64,000 bases of DNA from Macrostomum lignano (lineage: Eukaryota). The notes below the pieces were generated by a model. That model saw only the letters and a program-made list of their open reading frames with translations, was not told the DNA's origin and did no database searches. Shown here in pieces: positions 13,901 through 24,900 of this stretch (position 1 is the first letter of the stretch; every line of letters begins with the position of its first letter). Made by a program: the position numbers and the translations under genes. The stretch is taken from assembly GCA_002269645.1 (NCBI GenBank), contig NIVC01000586.1, positions 1 through 64,000 of the forward strand, read 5' to 3'.

Positions 13901-15908
13901 AGAGCTCGAAACAAGTCCAGATCGGTTAAGAGGAAAGGAAGCAAGCAGTCCCGATGTGAAAGTGCTGACTCGTGTGAAGCTGGCTCCTCTCATCAAGCCG
14001 CTGCTAAAGGCACCTCTTCTGCTGTAAGTACTTTGTTGCGCTGCACTTTTACGCCTTTGTTCAAAACTGCACTGCAACTCGCACAATTGAATCTTCTATT
14101 AGTGTTTGAATTTAAAGAAGACAGTCTTAGATTTTGCTCTTATCTAAGGTCCAGCTAACACACCGTGACACCAACAGACAGACGCAGTCAGTTTAAGATG
14201 GTGCCCCGACCTGGGGTCCAGCTAACACACCGTGACACCAACAGACAGACGCAGTCAGTTTAAGATGGTGCCCAGATCTGGGGTCCAGCTAACACACCGT
14301 GACACCAACAGACAGACGCAGTCAGTTTAAGATGGTGCCCAGATCTGGGGTCCAGCTAACACACCGTGACACCAACAGACAGACGCAGTCAGTTTAAGAT
14401 GGTGCCCAGATCTGGGGTCCAGCTAACACACCGTGACACCAACAGACAGACGCAGTCAGTTTAAGATGGTGCCCCGACCTGGGGTCCAGCTAACACACCG
14501 TGACACCAACAGACAGACGCAGTCAGTTTAAGATGGTGCCCAGATCTGGGGTCCAGCTAACACACCGTGACACCAACAGACAGACGCAGTTAGTTTAAGA
14601 TGGTGCCCAGATCTGGGGTCCAGCTAACACACCGTGACACCAACAGACAGACGCAGTCAGTTTAAGATGGTGCCCAGATCTGGGGTCCAGCTAACACACC
14701 GTGACACCAACAGACAGACGCAGTCAGTTTAAGATGGTGCCCAGATCTGGGGTCCAGCTAACACACCGTGACACCAACAGACAGACGCAGTCAGTTTAAG
14801 ATGGTGCCCCGACCTGGGGTCCAGCTAACACACCGTGACACCAACAGACAGACGCAGTCAGTTTAAGATGGTGCCCTGATCTGGGGTCCAGCTTATAAGC
14901 TCTCATTCTCAGACTCTCTTAAGGTCCGATATTCCGCGAGTTCTGATTATCTCTTTTAAATAAATTGAAATGTAGTGCCTGTGAATAGTATAAGAATGTT
15001 TCCCTTTTGTTTTGCTTTATATGTTTTTAGTGGTACTTACATTTTAGGCAGTCGACAGCAGAAACGAGTTTTCAACGAATTGGTTCCAAGACAAAAAGTT
15101 TTTTTTCGCATATCCAAAGGCTTTTAACCGTGATCGGCTATGTGAAGAAGGCGTGTAGTATTTTGGTGGCACTATTGCTTCGTTTTTTTCAAATCAGGTA
15201 AGTGACTTTAGTATTTGTTGTTGTCGAAGTTAGTTTTGGTAGTAAACGTTGAGTTGTTTTTTAATTCTATTGTTGGTATCAATTTAAGTGAGCGCATTCG
15301 AGCGTATCTTTTAACGCTTCTTAATCCTAATGATAGAACAATTTGATTGCATTTTCCTGAACTTTATACAAAGCATTTTATGTAATTTAATTAATTTCAT
15401 AGGTGGACTTCGTCGTCTCAATTTCAACACCTGCGAACTGTTCGGAAATGTCCATTTCGAACATATTCGAACATACATATCGGCAACAGTGGAGTTGCCA
15501 CGGGGATGTGCGATGCAAAAAATGGCTACCGCAGCCAGTGCATACTCTGGCTTTTGCTCTGCCGATGACGATGTTGCAAAAACAAGGCTCCTCGGAATTC
15601 CAAATATCAGTCTACAAGGGGTTCGAGACTGTTTACGTGACCGCGGCTATATTGCAAGTCGAGCCGACTCAGCTAATGCGGCAGGATCATTTGCATTAAG
15701 TCACGGCAAAATCCTGTCTGGAACAGCAGTTGTTATTGGGGATGCAAGCCGACGGCGTGGACCAATTTTTTCTGAAAATCTACAAGTGTTCGACTATTTT
15801 ACTAATCCGGATTTATACGACCTTCGAGAATCCGAGGAGCAGGATCAACGAATCCGGCAAAAGATTTCAATGTTTTGTGTTTCTTTAAAATTGTTTCCTT
15901 TACGTTAA
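7936..15908 (+). pseudogene. Spliced, lesioned gene inside the TIR element: chromodomain, Q/S-rich exon (x3), Dbf4-like BRCT (motif N) and motif-M-like segment
   Basis: Exons 7936-8018 and 8126-8194 give IFYVERIEKCCKKKFFIKWTGYPRSKNTWEP (chromodomain; frameshift in the A6 run at 8148-8153). Further exons: 8287-8324; 10289-10735 with copies at 11934-12380 and 13577-14023; 15048-15197; 15403-15908. The last two give WFQDKKFFF...RLCEEGV*YFGGTIASFFSNQVDFVVS, then after a frameshift PRGCAMQKMA...AKTRLLGIPNIS and LSGTAVVIGDASRRRGPIF. Splice sites are canonical and phases consistent once the lesions are allowed. Confidence 0.6.
8550..14892. repeat. 67-bp tandem array (~60 copies) organised as a 1645/1643-bp higher-order repeat with three copies of a 690-bp insert
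   Basis: Unit ggggtccagctaacacaccgtgacaccaacagacagacgcagtcagtttaagatggtgccc(a/c)ga(t/c)ct. Inserts start at 10170, 11815 and 13458. Confidence 0.97.
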
Positions 15909-16231
15909 ATCGATTATTTCCAATTGCCTCCGTCTGTGTTTAACCTTAGCTGTCAGTGTTAGGTTTTCGCTAAATTTGGTCTATGATTTTGAATCGGTGT
16001 GGAGGTTCACCTAAAACACGTTCTGTCGGTGTCCATATAAACCAGTCCAGTTTAAGTAATAAAAATGCTGGTGCAGTTTCCACTAATGAGAGCCTCTGTC
16101 AGCTTCAAAAATAAACAAACTTTTGAAGATCTTTCGTGAACTAAAAAAAGGCTCTATTAAAAGTAAAAGAGTCGGTGGTCCATGTAATGCATTAAAACTT
16201 CTGAGGTCCAGCTAAACACACAGACACTTGT

Positions 16232-16435
<204 letters not shown>

Positions 16436-16570
16436 TTATCTGGAATCGTTGTGAGCTGGATATACCAGCCAGCATTTCGGGTCAGTCAAACTGTTTTGTG
16501 AGTCATATGATTTTGCCCTGTCTAATGAAACAGGTGTTGAGAAGCGGACAGACAATTTTACAGCAACTCC

Positions 16571-16815
16571 CAGGTGCCTCGCCTTGGAATTTAAGGCGGG
16601 CGGACCAGGCCAAGAATTCCTCACCGTTAGATGACTCAATTCCTAAATTATTTTGGGAATGGGTCTTCTTAGCACTCCTTTTGGTGCCAAAGGCGTTAAA
16701 TTTTGGCAACATGAATCAAAACTATAAATTTCCATAACGGGTCTCAAAGGTGGGGTGGGGCGGAGGAACAAAGCATTGGCATCCCCCCCCCCTGCCCCCG
16801 GTGGCGACGCACCTG
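16571..16815. mobile_element. 245-bp hAT-like MITE
   Basis: TIRs CAGGTGCCTCGCC / GGCGACGCACCTG (12/13). Flanks GCAACTCC and GTAACTCT (6/8) fit a decayed 8-bp TSD. Confidence 0.65.
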
Positions 16816-17376
16816 GTAACTCTTCATCACTGATTGCCTCCCCAAACATCGTGACGGAATAAGCAAAATAGGAAATTTTAATTATCGCAAAAATGCACTG
16901 AAAAACAAGGCGTGAAAATTAATTTTAAAAAGTGACTCGAACATCATCCTAAACAGCAAATTCTGCGAAGTGTTCGCCAAACAAAGGATCGGGCGGCACA
17001 CCGCTAATCCCTCATCATGCTAATTCAATGATTGCAGCCGTGAAAGGGATTGTTTGTAGCAGTCAGGCAATTAAAATTTTAAAACAATGTTAGCCGCTTG
17101 CCGACAGAAACGGCTGCTCCAGCTTCTGGCGACCCCATGAAACGAAACTCCTAGAGGTGGTATTTCTGGAGTTTATTGTCTGAACCATGGGCTTTTTGCA
17201 GGATTAACTGATAAATCAGAGAAATTAATCAAGAAAAATGATTGGGGTTTTGATGCACAGTTACGTTAATTAAAAATGCATTTGGTGATTAAACTCCAAG
17301 CATTTAAATAATTCCTTCCCAAGCTCGAGTGAGCTGCAATTCAATCGTTGTTTTGGGGTAAGCAAAAATCCAAGCA

Positions 17377-20300
17377 ATGGAGAGTTGGCTGCCCCTGCTG
17401 CTAGCTGCATTGGCCTCGGCTCCTCCCGTCAGCGAGTCAGTCGGCCAGCAGTTCTCGGTGACCGGCGGGCTGTGCAGCGCCACCGACGATCCGCTCGCGA
17501 CGCTTTCGGCGGCGGACAGTGGCGTCGAGTGCGCGGGAGAGTGCGCCGGAACTCCGGGCTGTCTCGCCTGCAGTGGAAACGGCAGCAGCTGGCGGCTGGT
17601 GCGCAACGCCTCAGTCGGGCTGACTTCCGGGAACTGCCGGATCGTGGCCAAGTCCAACATCCCAAATGGTGAGAGTTTAGCTGAAGCTCCTGGGCTCTAT
17701 CGTGTAAGTCCTCCCCCCCTGTCCACTTTCAGCAGGCGGTCTGATCACTCGAAAAGTTGCAGTCCGCAGTCAAAGTTTTGGACAATGACCAAGAATGTGA
17801 TTCTCACATTTGCGCCATGCAGCCTTGACCAATTTTTTTGTAAAAAGTGGTAGGAAAGTCTTGATTAAGCCATCAAAACATATGATTGCCTGCGATCACT
17901 ACGATCAGATCTCTGCGCCACAAACGAAACGCTCGAGGCGCCCTTCCTGGCTTTGAACTCGACCGGAGATGCGGTGCTTCTCATCGAACTGCTCTGCTCT
18001 CGCTGGTGCAGGCGTCTCGCGTCTGATGGCTCGCTGTTCGCCCCAATCGGCGCCGCTGTCAGCGCCACGCAGCCCGGAAAAGCCCTGATCCGCTGCTCGC
18101 CGCTAACGACCTCCGATTACTTCTCAAGTTCGACCGCTGACTTCTCTCTGCTCTCCGTGTCGGTCCGCTGGCGCGACCAGTTCACCAACGAGACCTTGTG
18201 CAGCAGCGCCGCGGCCAGCGGCAATGTCCCGCCTGCGGTCCACCTGGCCTGGTCTCAGCCTCATCGGCTGGACATCTGCGCCCAGGCTTGCGCTTGGCGT
18301 CCGACCTGCGAGTTCTTCGTTTTCAACGCCTCCGGCTGCTTTGAGGGCTCCCTCAGCCTCTACCTGAGCAGCCGTCTCCAGGGAATCCACGGCTGCAGCA
18401 TGTGGCACAAGACGCGCACCTGGGCCTCGTCTATGCTCGCCTTCTACGCCTTCAACTCAAGCATGCTGAACCTCGCCAGCCCGGCCATCATGCCGGCCTT
18501 GAACAACTCGCCGGTGGACATCGGGCCCGAGGGCGTCCTGATTCCGCTGAACACGGCGCAGTTCGTGCGGCTCAACCTGTCGCATATCGGCTTCGACTCG
18601 CTCGTCAGGTGAGCTTGAACTGGAGCTGCGATTTCTGAGTTCGACTTTTGTATTTCAAAGCAAGCAAACCCAGCAAACCCCAGCAAATTTGTTCAGATTA
18701 ATGCACAAATTTGGATTAATGCACTAGATTAATCAAGGATTATTGCTATTAATAAACCAAGGATTACTGCACTTGATTAATCAAGGATTATTGCTATTAA
18801 TAAACCAAGGATTACTGCACTTGGAAAACCAAGGATTACTGCACTCGAGAAGCCAAGGATTATTGCTATTAATAAACCAAGGATTACTGCACTCGATAGC
18901 CAAGGATTACTGCGCTTGATAAGCTTGGCTACATGTAAAGGATTATTTCTATCTAGGGATGCTTGCTATGTGCAGGATGCTTGCTATCTGGAAGGATGCT
19001 TCTACGTTATTTGGGGGATGCTTGCTATCTGGGTGGATGCTTTTATCCGGGGGATGTTTCTATTTGGGGGATGCTTGCTATCTGGGTGGATGCTTTTATC
19101 CGGGGGATGTTTCTATTTGGGGGATGCTTGCTATCTGGGTGGATGCTTTTATCCGGGGGATGTTTCTATTTGGGGGATGCTTGCTATCTGGGTGGATGCT
19201 TTTATCCGGGGATGTTTCTATTTGGGGGATGCTTGCTATCTGGGTGGATGCTTTTATCCGGGGGATGTTTCTATTTGGGGGATGCTTGCTATCTGGGTGG
19301 ATGCTTTTATCCGGGGATGTTTCTATTTGGGGGATGCTTGCTATCTGGGTGGATGCTTTTATCCGGGGGATGTTTCTATTTGGGGATGCTTGCTATCTGG
19401 GTGGATGCTTTTATCCGGGGGATGTTTCTATTTGGGGGATGCTTGCTATCTGGGTGGATGCTTTTATCCGGGGGATGTTTCTATTTGGGGGATGCTTGCT
19501 ATCTGGGTGGATGCTTTTATCCGGGGATGTTTCTATTTGGGGGATGCTTGCTATCTGGGTGGATGCTTTTATCCGGGGGATGTTTCTATTTGGGGATGCT
19601 TGCTATCTGGGTGGATGCTTTTATCCGGGGGATGTTTCTATTTGGGGGATGCTTGCTATCTGGGTGGATGCTTTTATCCGGGGGATGCTTCTATTTGGGG
19701 GATGCTTGCTATCTGCAGATGCTTGCTATCTGGGTGGATGCTTGCTAGGAGTATTAGGGGATGCTTGCTATTTGCGGTTGTTTACTTTTGGAGGAGGGTG
19801 CTTGCTACTGGGGGATGCTTGCTGTCTTGGGAATATTTTCTATTTAGGGGTAATGACTGTGATCTTTGTGAAAGCTATATTTTCCTGTCTGTTTGTTAAT
19901 TTTAGAAAAAAAGAGATTCATAGCAAATATTATTGTCCATGACAATTTTAAATGAATAAGGTGATTTTTAAAAGTGATGAAGGACTTGGTTTTTAAGAAA
20001 ATGTGCTTTTTCATTGATTTCCATAAACTATTTTTGCTTCGTTCTTATTAGGCGCCCCGAAGGGGGGCCGCACTAGATTGCTAGTTGTCTTTTCTAAAAC
20101 TTTGTCTCGACAAACGTTAACCTTGAGTAATGAGGAAGTTCAAATCGCAAGTATTTATATGTCTTCAGTAGAAGTCGGGAACCCATTGCTAAATTTATTT
20201 CAGGGCCAACACCTCGTTCACCTTCGTGATCACGTTTAGTCGAGGCCTGCCAAAAAGCCGCTCCGAGCTGGTCCTGTTTTCCAGCTGCTCAGACATCACT

Positions 20301-20672
20301 CAATACAACGGCGCCATCAACGAGCAGTCCTCGAGGAACGAGGGCTGGTTCCTGAACTCCCTCACAGGCCATTGGCAAGTCGCCAAGTCCCTCAGCCCGG
20401 GTTCAACCATGGACTATCCCAACAGCTCAGCGATTCACCTGGCCATGGCTCTGGGCCCGACATCCGGCTACTTCGTGGTGAACGGAGTGAAGCTGGACAC
20501 GAACTTCTACACGGCTCCCAGCACCTACGGCACCGACCCGGTTAAGATTGGCTGCATGTTCCTGGGCATGATGTACTTCAACCCCCCGAGCAGGATTCTG
20601 CATGGCAGAATCAGGAATCTGGCCATCTTCACTAAGATGCTGTCCGTCGAAGAGGTCATGGAGTTGGTGTGA
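17377..20672 (+). CDS. Secreted protein with PAN/Apple-like Cys motifs and a C-terminal LamG/concanavalin-A-like (pentraxin-like) domain
   Basis: Exons 17377-17668, 17909-18608 and 20204-20672 (phases 1, 2). Signal peptide MESWLPLLLAALASA. PAN-like motifs VECAGECAGTPGC and ICAQACAWRPTCEFFVF. LamG_3-type ending HLAMAL...FVVNG...LHGRIRNLAIFTKMLSVEEV. AATAAA at ~20758. Confidence 0.8.
18955..19760. repeat. 53-bp intronic minisatellite built from three ~18-bp GGATG-initiated subunits
   Basis: Period 53 (19021 to 19074), with occasional 52-bp copies. Preceded by degenerate ccaaggattactgcact repeats at ~18720-18920. Confidence 0.95.
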
Positions 20673-21904
20673 CCCAAGGCTGACTTGAGGACAAAGCAAC
20701 GCTGTGATGAGCGAAAAGCAGTGAATAATACAAACTGAAAATGAAATTATTTCTCCGGAATAAATGTTTTTAATTATCGGCGCAGAATTGCTGGCATTCG
20801 AGCAGATTGTTTCCCGGATTTCCTGATTTTGTCATTTTTGTTTACGGATAGGCAAAAGCTATCAGAAAGGGCAGCAAGAACTGCTCACCCGGACTCCGCT
20901 TAGCCAATAAAAGGCACAGGTGGAAGCAGAGCTGAAATTTGATATTTAGGACTACAGTATAACATTATAGTATTATGCTTTTGCGCCCTCAAATTTCAAC
21001 ATTGATTACTTAGCCAAATTCTATAGTGATAAGAGTGTCATTAACTTAATCAGAGACAATGTTCGGGACTGGCTGGGTTTTGAGCAAGGAATGTCTATGG
21101 TCAAGTCTGTTTTATATTCGCTGATGGGTCGAGTTGAGTCAAATGATCTGCTTACTGACTTCCCGAGACTGCTGAGCTCAAGCAATCTGTCTAACCAAAT
21201 GGTCTCGGGCTTATCAACAGAATTAGAGTTGGAGTTGGTTACTTTTGAATCAGCAATTGTTTCTTATGTACTCTACGTTCGTTCAATGCTTGTTTACAAA
21301 AGTGCAACTCCTTCATTGAACTGAACACAGATTGATGTTCAGTTGACTATAATCTAATGGACCATAGACTATGGAACGTTTGAGATTCAATGATTTCAAT
21401 GAGCTCAAAAAATCAATAGCAGTCTATGGCCGAAATACTAACTTTCTTGTCCTTTTCGTCTGTGTCTATGTCTTGTTGGCAAAACCAAATCTACGACACG
21501 AGATTACCAAATCTACCAAATTTAATGCCAAAAATCGCGTACTGCTGCCAAATGAGAATTCTCAACTTAGTTGGCTTAACCACCAACTTGGCCCAGGAGT
21601 CAGCCTCCTGCTACTTCGGGTGTTCAATTTTCAATGTTGCTTAGTCTTGCCGTGTTGACTGTATACTGAATCAAAGCGCTCGCAGTCTTGTGGCCATAGA
21701 CAATATTTGAGGGCCCGATGCTATCTTTGGCTATCTTATCTTGTTTTTCAAACTTCGTTTTCACACGCCTCGGGCCATAGACAAAAGAGATTGGCGGGCT
21801 ATCAGCACAGGGAGACAGACGACTTGAAGAGTGCGAGCCAAATGCCACCCTGAATGTCAACTGCTATCTTGCTAAGCTACGTTAAATAATTTCAAAAAAT
21901 AAGA

Positions 21905-24900
21905 ATGAATATTCGCCTGCATTCAATGACTCTGCTAATTCTGCTCGTGGCTGTCTGTTGGCCTCACCAAGCCTTCGGGGCGTATCGCTGCTTGAACAAA
22001 AATGCAACACTGTATCGAAGCGCCCTCTACGCTCGACCGTCGAAATATGAGCTTCGTCTGAATGACAACGAATGTATGGCCAGTGTGGTGCTGGGCGATT
22101 GGTGCCACTGGGAGCCCGTGGACACTGGCCACGGAGTCACCACCTGCCAGAAGGGCCTTAACATTCGATGGCGAAGACGTCAATGCAACTGCCCGCCACC
22201 GAAGCCGCTGTACAGTCACAAGACTTGGTGCATGCCGCCCTGGAACACCAGCTCGGTTGCCACGCTTCTCAATGCCACCTTGACACGACTGGAGGCGCTG
22301 AAGCCCGCCGTCTGGAACGATGCCAAGCTGTGGCGCCTCAATCGGCCTTTCAGTCGGCCAGGATCCCTGACCAACTCGCTACTGGCCTGCATGCGGATGG
22401 ATGTGAGCTCATCCATGGACTGCTAATCTAGCCTATGGGATTGCTAATCTAGCCCATGGGATTGCTAATCTAGCCTATGGGATTGCTAATCTAGCCTATG
22501 GGATTGCTAATCTAGCCTATGGTATTGCTAATTTAGCCTATGGGATTGCTGGATTGCTAATCTAGCCTATGGGATTGCTAATCTAGCCTATGGGATTGCT
22601 GGATTGCTAATCTAGCCTATGGGATTGCTAATCTAGCCTACGGGATTGCTGGATTGCTAATCTAGCCTATGGGATTGCTAATCTAGCCTATGGGATTGCT
22701 GGATTGCTAATCAAGCCTATGAGATTGCTAGTCTAGCCAATGGGATTGCTAATCTAGCCTATGGGATTGCTAATCTAGCCTATGGGATTGCTAATCTAGC
22801 CTATGGTATTGCTAATTTAGCCTATGGGATTGCTGGATTGCTAATCTAGCCTATGGGATTGCTAATCTAGCCTATGGGATTGCTAATCTAGCCTATGGGA
22901 TTGCTAATCTAGCCTATAGGAAGACTCATTAGAGGAATGCTAATCCATATCACCCAAATCCCGTTGCCAAGCCAGGATTCGGACTGCTTCTTCCACACTG
23001 GGGCAATGTACACGGGCACTGTTCACCACGTCCGGAGTGGCAAGCCGTGCCTGCATTGGTCCTCGTTCCAGACTGAGCTGGTCAGCATGGGGCTGACCAA
23101 GTCTAAGTTAAGGCTTTTTCTGGCCACCAATCCGCGGAATTATTGTAGAAACCCGCTGTCAGAGCTGGAGCACACAATGTTCGCTAACTCCCGCCTGAAG
23201 CCGTGGTGCTTTGTGAACAAAATTTCTTATGAAATGCGTATGCTGTGGGACTATTGCGAGATCAAACGCTGCGGCTCTTCGCACTACCACGGCATCGTGG
23301 TCTTTGACCCGAACAGATTTAACCACATCCGGTTCAGAGGGATGACCAAGTCCACGACTCACTCGCCCACCAACACCATTAACCCGGATCCTTCTGGAGA
23401 CATGAATGCCGAGGCCTGCTTTGAGACCTGCCGATTCCGCTGTGAAAAGTTTGCCCGTGAGTCTGCTCAGATGCTGTTTAGATATTGTTTCGATGTCACA
23501 TAGACGTCGCTCAGATGCTGTTTAGATGTCGCTCAGATGCTGTTTAGATGTCGCTCAGATGCTGTTTAGATGTCGCTCAGATGCTGTTTAGATGTCGCTC
23601 AGATGCTGTTTAGATGTCGCTCAGATGCTGTTTAGATGTCGCTCAGATGCTGTTTAGATATTGTCTCAATGTCACATAGACGTCGCTTAGCTGCTTTTTA
23701 GATGTCGCTCAGATGCTGTTTAGATATTGTTTCGATGTCACATAGACGTCGCTTAGCTGCTGTTTAGATGTCGCTCAGATGCTGTTTAGATATTGTTTCG
23801 ATGTCACATAGACGTCGCTTAGCTGCTGTTTAGATGTCGCTCAGATGCTGTTTTAAGATGAGAGAGGTTATTGACTTGAGCAGTAAGCTCAGCTGGCAAG
23901 CTTCCAGAAAGGAAGGCAGCGTCTGTCTTATGCAGCTGCCGTCTCTTCAATGTGTTGACCAGTCATCCGCTCCGCACTCCCACCGCAGTGATGAATTTAC
24001 GCAGGCACACTCCGCCACTCCCACCGCAGTGATGAATTTACGCAGGTACACTCCGCACTCCCACCGCAGTGATGAGTTTACGCAGGCACACTCCGCCACT
24101 CCCACCGCAGTGATGAATTTACGCAGGCACACTCCGCCACTCTCACCGCAGTGATGAGTTTACGCAGGCACACTCCGCCACTCCCACCGCAGTGATGAAT
24201 TTACGCAGGCACACTCCGCACTCCCACCGCAGTGATGAATTTACGCAGGCACACTCCGCACTCCCACCGCAGTGATGAATTTACGCAGGCACACTCCCAC
24301 TCGCAACCTGCGGGCCTGCCAGTGCTTCAACGAGTCGGAGATTCCGGACCCAGCCGCCGACTTCAAGGGCCGCTACATCGACAACTTGCCGGTAATGTTC
24401 GATCACAGGGTCTACCTGTATTACAATATATACTTCAAGTATCATCAATCGGATGGTCCATTTCGATACCTTAAATGGGAGCCGTGCCTTTTGTTCGACA
24501 CCATGTTTCGCTGCCCTCTCGTGAACATAGATGGCGCGCCAGAACTATTTACCACCGTCTTCGAGATCGCATTGCCCAAGAACTGCTATGAAGCCAACAG
24601 AATGATCCACTGGGAACAGCTCGACACCATGACAATCTTTGGCGCGATGGGAAACTTTCGGTAAGATGGAGGGGAATATAGAATGCACGACCTTGAGACA
24701 GGAGCGAATCCAGAGTTGGACAGAAGTTAATCCGACAGAACGTTTGACCTTGGGAAATATGGGGAATCCGACAAAATGTTTGACCTTGAAAAATATGGTG
24801 AATCCAACAGAATGTTTGACCTTAAGAAATACGGGGAATCCAACAGAATTTTCGACCTTGAGAAATATGGGGAATCCAACAGAATGTTCGACTTGAGAAA

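Larger units (their letters stand above)
6656..16226. mobile_element. Putative large TIR-bounded DNA element, unclassified, no transposase recognised
   Basis: Left end TGTCTGTGTGTTTACTTGGACCT (6656-6678) matches the reverse complement of the right end (16204-16226) at 21/23. A second inverted pair, TTACATGGACCACC (6700-6713 / 16174-16187), matches at 14/14. GGTCCANNTAA motifs cluster near both ends. (GTCT)n lies on both flanks. No clear TSD. Confidence 0.7.

Noticed and set aside
8550-14892. CRISPR-like array
   Set aside because: Units are contiguous with no unique spacers, there are no cas genes, and the context is a eukaryotic intron.
15490-15570. SWIM-like Cys motif (GMCDAKNGYRSQC) suggesting a transposase
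   Set aside because: Lacks the required Cys/His spacing, the frame has many stops, and another frame gives a better Dbf4-like match.
18916-19942. 327-aa ORFs in all three plus frames
   Set aside because: Artefact of the 53-bp repeat inside a well-supported intron.
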